Part shown: positions 1-13,611 of the stretch, one piece after another
Position numbering within the stretch: position 1 is the first letter of the stretch
Layout: each line of letters opens with the position of its first letter
Assembly (NCBI GenBank): GCA_012295275.1
Contig: CM022673.1
Coordinates: forward strand, 17,918,001 to 17,982,000
Source: Chrysomallon squamiferum
Lineage: Eukaryota > Animalia > Mollusca
Reading direction: 5' to 3'
Length of the DNA: 64,000 nt
The notes under the pieces: model-generated
What the model saw: only the letters and a program-made list of their open reading frames with translations
Database searches by the model: none
What the model was told of the DNA's origin: nothing
Program-made: the position numbers and the translations under genes

Positions 1-597
1 TTAACAAGGGTAGCGACTCGGATTAAAAGAAAAGAAAATACCTGGTTTCACTGCTAATGGAGCATTATGGGAACGTATGCGCCTGGCAGCAGGAATCGTA
101 CGTAATTTGCTACAATTTAGAAGTGTACCAGGACGCGGAAATCTAATTCCGCCAAATTACAAGGCTGACCAGATAGCATTAGTTGTAAATTAAACAGTAC
201 TAATTTGCCGTAATACGGATCAATAGACGTTTGTTTGAGATCCTGCTAACGAATTGGCAGAGTACTATGGCTTAGTAAATTATGTTTAGGATGGGGGGGA
301 GTTTCGAGTTGTTTGGAAGTGCATACGTACACACGTACACATACACATACACACACGCACTGTCTTTCAAAGAACAGGCGCTGTTCTTTGATCTTTCCTG
401 TATAAAAACATTTGTCTTATAAAAAGGTAAAAAGTGAATAACTAAATGAAATGTAGTGTTGAATATTAGAGCTGCTAACAAAAGTACTGTTAGAATAGCA
501 CCAGTAGTAAAAGTAACTGGTAGCTGTAATACTTTTTTAAACATTTAGATTTAATAACAGTTATTAAGTAGATGTTATGTACTTGCGAGAAAGGTTT

Positions 598-654
<57 letters not shown>

Positions 655-1477
655 CACCTGTTCTTATTTCGAAGAAACTCGACATGACCAATTAGATTAC
701 ACAGGATTGAATAAGACGGAGTAACACTAATTATTACACAAACAGTGTGTTTCCGCTGCAATCAGATTGACAATTCTACTTCACTTGAAACTTCTCCGTA
801 GGCAACTTTCACACGATGCTGCTTTATTGTCAGTACACTTGTACCCAGCTGCGTCTCTTGCATAAAGCCAGTTACCTGTGGTCGCGAGCGCTACCTGGTG
901 TTGTCTTTCTTGTCTGCCCTTGATCACGCCACTTGTTGCAAACGGCACGCGCCATTTAGCAGACGAAGGAGATTTTATTGCCAGCACGATTTAACACGAA
1001 TATTGCGACTATAATTAAATTCAACAGTTTTTGACAAAGATAGATGTATTACATCATTTACAATTTTTATTAAAATTTTGCGAAAATAATTCGACTTAAA
1101 TAAAACCACTACTGCTGCTACTAATAATAAACAAATAAATAATCGCAGTAATATAAACGATCATAGGCCATGTTAACTTTGAAAGGCTGTTTTGTGAAGC
1201 TATTATTTTAAAATGTATGGGTGTTGTTTTAATTTTAAAAAATTCAAGGTTCTAGAATGATTATATTCTGATGATGGTCAAGATAACAAACTTGTATTTT
1301 ATGTAAACATTGTATAATATTTATAAAATCTGAATTTATATTAACAACAACAACAACACAACAATAATAATGTTACTTTCAGAAATAGTTTATTCTTTTT
1401 AATTCTATTTTCATTTCCTTTGTCTTTCTTTCTTTCTTCTTTTCTTTCTATTCATTTTCTTTTCTTTGTTTCTATTT

Positions 1478-1686
1478 TCAACCCGTGCTTCACAACTGTT
1501 TGATTGAAGAACACTATACATTTTTCCTATCAGTGGCAACAGGCATTTAAAAATCCTTTGCTACTAATCGCTAAACTTAGCTAATTTTTTTCTCCTACTA
1601 ATATCACTTAAAAAACATTTTTAACCTAATGAAAGATAATGTAAAAAATGAGTTCAAATGTCGTTAAGCAGAAGACATTCATTCAC
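1478..1686 (+). mobile_element. Decayed SINE-like remnant
   Basis: tcaacccgtgcttcacaactg...aaaaatcctttgctactaatc...gtcgttaagcagaagacattcattca resembles 51890-52096 and a gastropod SINE body/tail as I recall it; not database-checked. Confidence 0.4.
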
Positions 1687-2009
1687 GATTACGATAGTGA
1701 TAATGATTATTGCTGTTGTGACAGCAATAACAACAACTACTTCGACTCCTCTTCCTACTATAGCTGCTACTATAACAACTACCACCATTACTAGTACTAC
1801 TACTATGCTACTATTACTACAACTATTTATTATTAGTAGTAGTATTATTAGTATTAGTATTATTAATTACTACATACATTATACGATTATGTCTTCCTTT
1901 TAAGCTTTGCTTGGCAGATTGAAAAAGCTTTAAAACAGTTTATATTGTTAAACTGAGAAATAAAATAAAATTTGATACATTTATATATATATACATTGAT
2001 TACTGAATA

Positions 2010-2080
<71 letters not shown>

Positions 2081-2981
2081 GAATAAGATGGTCAGGAAAT
2101 TGTTTAAATCCATCTAAAGTGCCACAGAGCACTTTTCCATTAATTTTGTTTTCTTCTATCCGTGTTTAATCCGCGCCGAGCTTTATCGTGTTGAATGGCG
2201 ACTTGGCATTGTAAACCAGTCTCAGAGTGCTGATTACCGTACGTTAGGCAGCGGCCGTGAAACGTATCGACAGCCGGTAGTTGTAAAAATCCATGCCCGC
2301 TATCGAACGGAACAGGAATATATTTCACCCCCTCCGACAAGAGGTTGGCCGATCGATTGTGTATTAAGTGTTAAATGTTCTGCTTCTAATTAGCCACAAG
2401 TTTATCAGAAATCAATTTCTTCCAAACACGAGATTCCACCGCGCGAACGGTTTCAACCCACTTCCATTTTCATTGAAATCATGCAGGATTTCTCTGCCCG
2501 ACAACACTTCTTTAATTTTGGAGTTACTTACAGACTTGTCTTTTGAAATGATATTCACGTACACTAACGACCAAGACTCGGTGTATTCCGGAAGTCCCCA
2601 GCATTTACATTTCCGTATTTCTCATTCGAACTTCCGAGTTCCGACATCGTTTGTTTTCGCGGGGCTGTAATCGGCCATCAAATGACACAGTAACAATGAC
2701 GAAATCCCGAACTCCTCTTAATGTCATACTTATGCATAATGCAGATAGAAAAGCTGATTTAATGACTGGCGTTCCAACAATAATTCCGCGAAAGGAGTGA
2801 CGAAAAGAGAGAACAAAACAAAGTCTCTGCCACAAGAAATTTTGCACGCGAATTGAACTCATTTTTATTTGGTTCGCCGAAATGCCACCGCTACTGTAGT
2901 AGAACAATAACTCAGTAAAAAGCTGAAATAATAAGCAAGACAAAAGGCCCACTAAGAAATAACTGAAGCGAAACGAACGAC

Positions 2982-3040
<59 letters not shown>

Positions 3041-3435
3041 TGTATCGCTGTAACAGGCTAGAGCCAGGACTCTGAATAATCCCCACAGAATTAACCCAAA
3101 TCAAGACAGAGATGAATAAAATAAAAACCTATCTGCACAGTTCCTTTACATATATATGGAGAAAAAATAACAAGCGGCTCGTCAGTGACATTGTAATCTA
3201 GATTTATATATATATAAATTATTTTGTGAATAAATAATTGTTCTGATGTTTTTATATACAAAAGTATTTCTCTTCTTGTTCTTGTCCATCGTTTTGGGTT
3301 TGATGGAACGAAAATATTTTAAGCATGAATTACTCTGATCAGAAATGTACGGATTTGTATTATGTCAAGCCTAGCCAGAGACATAATAAAAATATATATG
3401 TATGTTACTGTGTATGTGTAATGTACGTGTTTGTT

Positions 3436-3475
<40 letters not shown>

Positions 3476-4175
3476 GGTATGTGTGTGTGTGTGTGTGGGT
3501 ATGTATGTATGTGTAACATTACTGACAACCATTTGAATACAAATGATGAATTGGTGGTGTTTGTTGAAAATTAAAAAAACGAAAAAAAAAAACCCCACAA
3601 ACTGGTTTAAATATATCATTCACGACTGTAGATAGAGTAATTTAAAAGTTTCTAAAATATAATTACACAGAGAATTTTTTATATGTTTTGTTAGTTTATT
3701 AAAAGACTTCATAAAAATAGAAGTACTCTTACAAATAGAAAAAAGTGTATAAAACATAACATTAAACAAATAAAATGAAATAAAATAAAGTAAATTAAAT
3801 AGAATAAAATAAGTAACAAAAATCAAGCTTGGTTTTTTAAATTTATTTTGTAAGTTTTTAAATTTATTTTGTAAGTGTTTTTTGTAATGTTGTTATTGTT
3901 ATTACTGGTTGTGTTCAAAAGCACGTTTAAACGTAATCGTATAAGGACAACGTGAAAGGTGACGACAGATTGGAAAGTATTGAATTTGTATTAGAAATGT
4001 TATTGTGATGTTAATGTTAGACAGCTGATGTACACCAGAGTGAACGTACGTACGTCTTCGGTTTTGATTTAAACAATGTTTTTGACAACTCGTTTTTGTA
4101 GGTGTAAAATATCGGTGATAAATTTAAATGAAAAACAAATATAATAATAAAATGCCAGTAATAAATAGACTATTC

Positions 4176-4222
<47 letters not shown>

Positions 4223-4963
4223 TAAAACTCGTGATTTCTCAAAGCGGTTATACAATAAAGTGCAGTTTATTATTATTGTTATTATTGCTGCTGATTTTAG
4301 TTTTTCATTGGAATTTTTTTTTCATGTTTCACACACGCCACACTTTTAAAATACGTTATTTTAATAAATATATTTTTTCTTATTTTGCTCGACAAAACAA
4401 ATGTTAAAAAAGAAGAAGAGAAAACAAAAATTAATCTTCGTTGCCTTGGATTTACCCGGTAGTCATGGTTCATCTGACGTAGGTCACGTGCATGAAGTCG
4501 TGTAGCAGGCACTGGAGTCACAGCTGGCGTTGAAAGCCGTAAGGACATCATTCATCGAGGTCGTTCATCTTGATTCTCAAGTCGTTTGCGTCATGGCCAG
4601 TATTTACGAGTTCAATTTCTTTGGCGTTATCTTTTCTCATAGTTGAATTTCGTTTGGTTCAGAGAAAAAAATCCTAAAAACAGATTGCAATATAAAAAGA
4701 AAAGTCACTGCAGTTTCTTGTTAAATGACTATTAATTTAATTAAGTCTGGTTAAAATAGTGCATGTTACTTTTATAATTTTAATGTGGATCTGTCTTAAA
4801 CTGACTACACATGAATGATGATTAATTTAATAAATCAATTTATATATGAATGTAATGTTTGTATTCATGAATTTAATGGTTACTTTTCTTGTTAATATTA
4901 ATATTTCTGTTTTTAGTTATAACGAGCCACAATCAGTTTGTGTGTACCTTAATTTTATCAACG

Positions 4964-5005
<42 letters not shown>

Positions 5006-5743
5006 AGGCCATGTCTGAAACTATTTCTTTCTTAAAAAGTTGCATGATTTCTTTGAAAACTTCTTTTTCTATTTCCTTTTGTCATACCTTAAACAGTGCT
5101 GATATGAATTTTTTTTTTTTTTAAATAAAAAAAAGTAAAAAAAATCAAATTCTGTCGTTCTTCCAACATATACATTTCTTTATCCAAGGACACGCACCAA
5201 ATTAAAGTAATTGCGTGTCAGCAAGGCAGTAAATCACAAAACTCACAATGTTTAAATCAGTATATATGTAAACAAAATATTTAAATTTATGTTATTAACC
5301 TTGTATTGAAAATTATACATCATACGCATATAATAACAATGGCCGGCTAGATAACAAGAAAAAATCCATTAAAACAGCAAGAACTTTTATTGTTTTATTT
5401 ATTTATTTGTTTACTTGTTTCTTTGTTTGTTTCTTTGTTTGTTTGTTTGTTTGTTAGTTTGTTAGTTTTAATATTATTTATTCACCATTTATTTATTTTT
5501 TGTTAGACAAAATAGTTCACTTTAATTTCTTTAATTTAAACAACATCTATTAGGTATTAAAGAATCATATTCATATCCTTGATCACGTTTATAATTTGAA
5601 AAAAAAAAAAAAGATATAAAATTTAACGTCTATAATTGCAAGCCTTAATGGAAGGGAAACAACTCTTGCAATATTTGTTTAAACTAAAATTAGGAAGGGA
5701 AATAACTGTTTAGTCACTCATAAAAAGGACGTGAACGAATTAC

Positions 5744-5784
<41 letters not shown>

Positions 5785-5861
5785 ATTAAATTTCAAAATC
5801 AAGTATACTTTCTCATAGATTCGTAATCATCTATATTTTCCTCTGTTTAACTTATATGAAT

Positions 5862-5925
<64 letters not shown>

Positions 5926-5935
5926 TAATAATATC

Positions 5936-5984
<49 letters not shown>

Positions 5985-7073
5985 TGATAATAAAAGATAA
6001 TGACCAAATGATGGTGGTATTATAATTAATGTACATTTTAACAAAATGTTTATAACAACAGCAACAACAAAAAAATAACAAATACGGAGTTTATTTTTAA
6101 ATTTATTTTGCTGATTTACTCAGCATCACCAGCAATACATTTTCAATAAATCATTGCCAGTTTTATTTGTATAAATAACTGTTTACGTGGAATTATAAAT
6201 ATTTTTAATCTTTCCACCCAGATTACATTAAATTCCAACAACCTGAGATATAAAATGTTTTATTTTGTATTGAAATGTCTAGTAAAAATAAAAGGAAAAT
6301 AAATAGAAGAAAAAATAAAAATTATAAACCCAGTAAATCAAAAATAAAGACCAAAAATTAGACAAAAAATAGCTGTCATACATAAATAATAAATAATTAA
6401 GTGGTAATTTAAAATATTTTAAAATATATTTTTCATAAAAAGTACATTTTAGCACATAACTCTGCTGCAGATGTGATTTTCTTCTAAACTAATGCATAGA
6501 TTTCTGTGAAAATATTTCCTTGATGCAACTGATTCCCCTTTAAAGTTAAATGAAATATTTTAATTATTTGAAATGGTAGAATTATATAATAAAAATTACA
6601 TGTGAGACAAGATATTTATTATGAATATTCATAATACATAAAAATATGAAATCTAAATTCAGTTCTATATACAACATAATTAAAGAATGAAATATTCAAA
6701 ATGTCTCATTTACAGCAAATTGTGAATGAATAAGTATAACAGCATGTTATTTTACCATATTAAAAAAGTACTGGACTGGTCTCAATATAGACCCACTTTT
6801 TGATATTAGTTTTTATCATCATTCAGCCAATCACTGACAACTTTACAAAATGTAATTTCAGTACTGAAGATTGACACACAACATGTTTGAAACAAACCAT
6901 TAATGTTTTCCATTGTTTCTTTCTTTTCTTCATTTTTTTTATTATTAAATTTTATTTTCAAGCTCTCTCATATAATCTTCAGATGTTGTCATTTGAAAAA
7001 TGTTTTTCAAAACTGACTTGCCTACAGCAGAATTTTTGTTGAAAGATTGTGAATGTAGTCAGCATCTTTGCCT

Positions 7074-8440
7074 CTATGTCCAGAACAAAATACTAACTGC
7101 CATAGCAACACAGCACACTGCTACATAGGGACTTTTTCTTTCTCCTGAAAAATAAATCAATGAATTAATGAATAACTTATCAGGAATTAAAAATTATATA
7201 GTTCTTTAAAACCTGTAATCTGCAGAGATATAAAAACTATGGAGTTAAAAAATACAGACATGTTTTGGGGGGTTCTTTTTGTAGGTATTATTAAAAATAA
7301 CTATAGAAGAAAAGGTAATGAAAATCAGCTGTATTAACATAAAACAACATACCTATTCTAGCAAACTTCCAAAATGTTCCAAGTACACTGAAAGAAAAGA
7401 AAAAGGAAAAAAGAAATAGAAGAAATATTATTATTGAGATTTACATGATCTGATAATGAAAACCTTTCAAACCTGCAAATTTTCCAGAAATTCTTTTGCT
7501 GATTATAAACAATTTATTTTTAATTTGACAACTGCTTAGTTAGTCTTGGTTAGCCTCTTTGGTAATAGAAACTCTTTTTGGTTTACAGTTGCTGGAGATA
7601 AAACCATTAATTTTTATAAATAAATAAATAAATAAATAATAATAAAGATGCAACAGTTTTGTTAATTATTAAATAAAAACTGAACTAAACACATTTTTTA
7701 ATTAAAAGTTAGAAGGGCTCAGTTTTAAATGAATGTAACTGCAGACATGGTGAGGCTGTATACAAACCCTGTTTTTTTCCGATCCAGAAGACTTGGTGCG
7801 ATTGCTCTCAGGTATGTGCAGGTGCAAATTAGAAGTAACACAACTGTGAGAAGACTTTGAAAGTTAAACAAAGCGGACTGAAAATAAAAAATACAAAAAA
7901 TACTTGCCTTTATTTTCATGGTAATATTATAGGTGAAACAGATTATTATACTTTTTGTATTTGTGATACTTTTCTTTGTTAACAATAAAGTTTATTAAAA
8001 TCATATATAATACACGTTTATCTTATTAAGAATATGATAAAATAATTATATTATAATAAATGATACTGTCATAATTTCAGTTACGTCTTGATCTGTTATG
8101 GGTATAAAATGTCTTATGCACACACACACACACATATATTACATTTCTAAATTAGCAGCAAAACATATCAGTTCAAACTATTTGGTAAATCTTGTGCTGA
8201 AAAAGCCCAGATTTAAACTGCATGATTATCAAAAACTAAAATGCTTCAAGACAAAAGAGAGATAAAAATGACATCTCGAACTATGACAGCAATCTGGTTA
8301 TTAATTTGTATTCTGTAAACTGTAGGCATATTTTTCATTATAATTATGTAACTGAAAGATAAGTAACACAAATTACTGTACAGATTAAAATTAAGTATTA
8401 ATAAATAAAATAATTTAATGATAACTAAAATACAAACCAT
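7074..8440 (-). CDS. TMEM167A: Protein kish-A / TMEM167A, 4 coding exons: 8440-8438 (ATG only), 7877-7768, 7387-7353, 7144-7074
   Basis: Spliced translation [72 protein letters not shown] (72 aa) closely matches the kish/TMEM167A family as I recall it. All introns are GT-AG with consistent phases (exons 3/110/35/71 nt). The ATG-only first exon (ATG|gtttgt) is inferred. Confidence 0.95.
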
Positions 8441-8660
8441 AATTGACAACGTGGAGTCACACTTCCTAAACTGGTAATCGATTCAGTGAGAAAGATGCGC
8501 AATACACAAGTGAAAACCAGTTTTGACACCATCCACTCTAGTTTTGGTTTTTATTTATCACAAAATGTAAATATACATTGATTTTCATATGCATTGGAAG
8601 CAGACAGAAAGCGATATATTAATAATCTTAATTTTCTGATTTCTGTTGTTAGAGATCGAT
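8441..8660. promoter_or_regulatory. Putative bidirectional promoter of TMEM167A/XRCC4, including the non-coding first exon of XRCC4 (donor GAT|gtgagt after 8660)
   Basis: Only ~220 bp separate the TMEM167A ATG (8440, minus) from a strong plus-strand donor at 8661. The interval locally retains CpG and has an ETS-like CACTTCC at 8460-8466. TSS positions are not visible. Confidence 0.6.
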
Positions 8661-9003
8661 GTGAGTATTTTATAAGATTTTTTTTTTAAATTATATATGA
8701 CGCGCTATTGTATTTCCGTGTTGTATGTATTACTATTACACTGTACTCTTTTAATGACTGCATATTTAACAAAAGGAAGTAACACTAACATAAAGAAGTT
8801 AATCATAAAACCAAAATTAAAAAAAAATATATAAAGAATAAAATCGTGGAGATGTTACACTAAGATCAATTTAAAAGTATTTATTTATTTACTTATTCAT
8901 TCATTCATTCATTCATTCATTCATTCATTCATTCATTTATAATTTCATGTCATTAAAGCCTAAGTTACCTATAATAGAAATTTTCTTTTTCTTTCTAGTA
9001 CTA

Positions 9004-12000
9004 ATGATGGCTGGTCCATCATTTGTGAAGATCAACACAGAATCAGAGAAGACATATTACCTGCTGACAGAATTAAAGGATGGTGGTAGAGCAGGGATCA
9101 ATCTAAATCTTACTGATGGAGAACATGTCTGGAGTGGGTTCTGTGAGTTTGTGTTTAATATTATGTGAAATAGATACAGTACAAATAAAATTCTTTAATA
9201 TTATGTGAAACAGATACAGTACAAATAAAATGCTTTAATATTATGTGAAACAGATACAGTACAAATAAAATTCTTTATATTTCCAGCTTATTGTTATATT
9301 GTTTTTGCTCAGGACAAAACTTGAAAGTAAAACTCGTAAAAAACATCTGAATGCTGTCATTTTACTCATGAAGAAGTGATGTCATCGCATATGATGAGAA
9401 CCAACAGATCTGTTTTTTCTGACAACACCTACAAGAAACTTTAGAATAAATGAATCTGTCTTGTACTGTTGTTGTTATTATATATTTTTTATTCTGATTA
9501 TTATTATTCAGTAACAGAAGACTATCTAGGTAACTTATCAACAAAAACAAAAATGGATTTTGAATCATACGTCAAAGAGACAGTGAAAGCATTGACTCAA
9601 GAGGACAGTGGAGATTTGAGTTTTCAGTATCAACTAAAACCACAAAAAAACAACTCTCTGAATTTTATATGGAAAAAATGTATATCCTCTGATGACATAA
9701 AGGTATCATTGGCTGCATTTTACTATCCACCCTATAAGTTTATTTGCCCTTTATCTCCCCTTTACTATTTCCTTCCCTATGACTTTATTATCTCCCCTAT
9801 TTCTTTATATCCTTTCTAGTCAGGGGGAAAGTTCCAGTGAAAATCTCCCTACAACTAGTTGATTAGAGTAGCCCAGTTCTGTTGTTTTTTTGTTTTTTTT
9901 ATCAACCTTTAATTTTTAATTTAAAAAAAAAACAAAAAAATAATAATAATAATAATAATAATTAATAATAAAGTTATCTTTAATGATTTTCTTATTTGTA
10001 TGTTAGTTGAAATCATAATGAAACAGTATTATGAGTATATCTGGATAGCTTTACATAAAATAAACCTTTTTAAAATCTTTATTTTCAAAAAGTTTTAAAT
10101 AAACATTTTTGTTGAAACATATATTTAGTAAACAATTACCAAATTAATTTCTCTGCAAATGCATATATATGTTTGTGTGATTTTATTATAAATGTCAGCC
10201 TATTTAGCTTTTTTTGTATGAGTTTATGTTTGAGGACTAAGGTTGTATTTTTCCATAAGAAAATTATTCAATGGAAAAATATAGGGAAAGTCATTACTGG
10301 TGAAGCATTAATTTACATTTTTAATGGGTTTTTTCTTCTCTAGTTTCAGCTTGGATCAATCGTTCTGCAGCAGGAAGCTGACAAATGTTGCTGTATTTGT
10401 GATATTCTCGGAAACTGTGTAGACAACATCAAAGAACTAAAATTTCAAGTTCATTCTCTTCAAATTGACAATGAACGCTTGTCACACGAACGAAACATGG
10501 CTCTCAAAGTAAGACTTACTTTTGTCAGGCCTATAACCTATCAAAAAATAGGGAACAGTTTACAAAATTCTCAAAGTATGACAAACTTGTTATTGCTTGA
10601 ATATTAAAATTAAATATTAACAATTTAAAAAACATTTATGGTTAATTTTATTAATTATTAAATATGTTAATTCTCTTAGTAAGTTCATGATTAGGTTTGT
10701 CTTAAAGATGTCATTTAAAATCAAGGTTTTTATTAATATTGTTGTTGTTGTTATTATTTAAATTAGAAAAACTGGTCTAAAAATGATTTTATTTTTTCAG
10801 AGGTTAGACAAATGTGTGACTGCTAAAGAGGAAATGGAGAAGGATCTGTATTCAAAGGTAAAAATTAGTATTGTTGTTTTTATTGTTATTGATTGTTTTG
10901 TTTTTATTTCTATTTTAATTTTCCATTTTTATTTTTTATTTTTTTTATCTGATTGTGATTTCATACTTTTCAAAATTTATTTTAATAAGTTCACATATTC
11001 TCTGTATTATTAGTATTATTTAAAATTTTAGTTTGTTGCAGTTCTGAACAGCAAAAAGGAAAAAATAAGAAATTTAAAAGAACAGGGTAAGAATGATTTA
11101 CAGTTTCTAAATTTAGATTCTTTCTGAATTCTGTTTCACCTGACATAAAATTTATAGCAAATAATATATATGTATAAAATAAAGGACCTTTTATAACTTA
11201 TTTATTTTTATTTATTTGTTAATTAATTAATTTATATTTATTAGTTAATTAATAAAAAAACAAACATTTATTTATTTATTTTTTATTTTATATTTTTTTT
11301 TATTATTGTTTTTTTTATTTAGTTATTTAGTTATTTATTTTATTTTATTTTTATATTTTTTTATATTTGTTTATTTACTAGTTTCATCTGAAGGTCATTT
11401 GCAATCAGAAGATTCCAAAATGGAAGGTAAGTCTTACAAATCATTGCAGAATATTTTTACCAGAATTTCTAGTCATTAATAAAATTATTTTTTCACATTT
11501 TACACTGATGTATCTCATTTCAATTTCAAAAATAGATTACTTTATTTTACTTCCAGTTAAAAAAAAAATTAATAATAATAAAATAAAATTCTGATTAATT
11601 TTAATAAATCATTTAATAATTGATAAGAATTAGTATAAGTTCATTTTGTAAAATTGTTTCTGAGCTAACAAATAACTGAAAGTGAGGTTTGTTTGATTAT
11701 TTCTATTATAACAACATTTGTTCATGAGAACAAAAGGAAAATACCCATCTTCAGAGGCTTGTTATAATTATTCTCATACTTTATTTTTAGCAAAGATTGC
11801 TACTGAAAAACGGATAAAGGAATCACAAATAAAAATAGAAATTTATTTAAATTATTTATTCATACCACTTTAATGTATCAAGAAAAATAAAACAAACCAC
11901 TTTAATATAATTAGATGTTTATTTGCATGAAGTTTAATTAGGATATTTCTGTGATGATAAATACACAAAAGAGTTAATTAATTTTTTTATTTTTATTACA

Positions 12001-13577
12001 CAGCTGATTCCCATGTGAAAATGTCAGATGAAAAAACCATGACTAAGAATCAGAATTTATCAAACAACAAACGGTAAAGAGAAAATTATTAGTAATTTAA
12101 GTGTTTAAGTCTTTCTGTTTTTAAAGATAAGCATTTTTTATAAATAAATAAGTAGTCAAAGAAAAATTTAAAACTAAAATTATTAATATAATAAAAACAA
12201 TGTTTATGAATACATTATAATTTAAAACTTGTTAAAGTAGTGAAATGATTAATATAACTATAAATTAAAAAAGCATTATATTTTCAATAAGATGTACAAA
12301 TATCAAAGGACAAAAATCTGGAGTTTCAGTTTTCTAAATTATTTTTTTAAATTACTTATTTCAGCAATGAAAGCGAAGATGAGAGTGAAGATGAGAAAGT
12401 AAGAGTTATACCCCTTCTTGTATCAATTTTAATTTTCTAAAATTATTTAAATATTACACATTTACATGTGTTGTTTATAATTGAAGGAAAGAAAGAGAAA
12501 GGAACTCAGATTAGTAGATGAAACATGTTCCTTCTTCAACTTGTTATTTTACATTAAAACTTTATGGTTAGCAAAGATTGACATCTATATCAAATACAAT
12601 ATTTAGAAGTAAAACAAATATTAAATGTCTCCACTTTATTTTATACTGAATTTCTTTTTTTTTCACTTTTTTTTTTAAAGTATGTTTTTAAATAAATAAT
12701 TGTAGATTCCATCTTTGTTTTAGAAAAATTCTAAATCTATTTTCAGCCTTCTCGAGTAAAATGTGCACGGAAGGTGAAATCAGAAGCAGACACCAGTCTA
12801 GTTTTAGATGAAGATGAAAAAATAAGTCAACCAGTTTCAAGGTTATTATTATAACTTTTTGATATTTCTTAACAGACAAAATATTTTTAGTCTCAATTAC
12901 ATGAGTACACTTAAGAAGAAGGAATATTATTAACTTAAAAAGAAATGTATTTTTTTATGATAGTTTTAAATTATTTTCCTGGTTGTTTTTTGTTTTTTTG
13001 TTTTTTTTTGCAATCAAATTCTAAAGAAATAATCTCAGTAATCTTGGTCAAAGAAATGAAATTTTCTCCCTTTGCATAAGGGTCTTACAGCTTGTTTTCA
13101 TTTCCTGAAATAAGTATCACATTCTGTATATTTAGATACAAAAAGCATTATTATTTTGTTATTCATCTTTGCCACAGGTAAATTAAATGAGAAAAAAAAA
13201 ATAATTATAGTAAATTTAGATATAAATTTTAAAAATTACCTTTCTGACATTGAATGAAAGAGAGTTGTTAAACAATAATTTACTGTGTTTACTTTTAGCA
13301 GTCAAGCATTGTGAACTTTTTTTTTTTTTTTTTTTTTTCTCAAATTTTAATTTTTTTTTTATTTATTTATTTATGTTTTTTGGCTAGAAGTGTCTAGAAT
13401 TTTGTTAAATATTCACTATTTAACTGCAGACATATATCTATAATGCCATTAAATATGCTGTTAAATATCTTACAGGCCACCTAGAAGAGGTACAGGAAGG
13501 AAGAAACAAACTCCATCAAAACCTACTTTACCAAAAATATCCTCCAAATCTACAGCTAGCAGGTACTTAAAAAAAAT

Positions 13578-13611
<34 letters not shown>

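Noticed and set aside
2140-2952. ORFs of 66-115 aa in the CpG-rich block
   Set aside because: No recognisable protein family, non-ATG starts, and no convincing splice pairs; more likely regulatory sequence.
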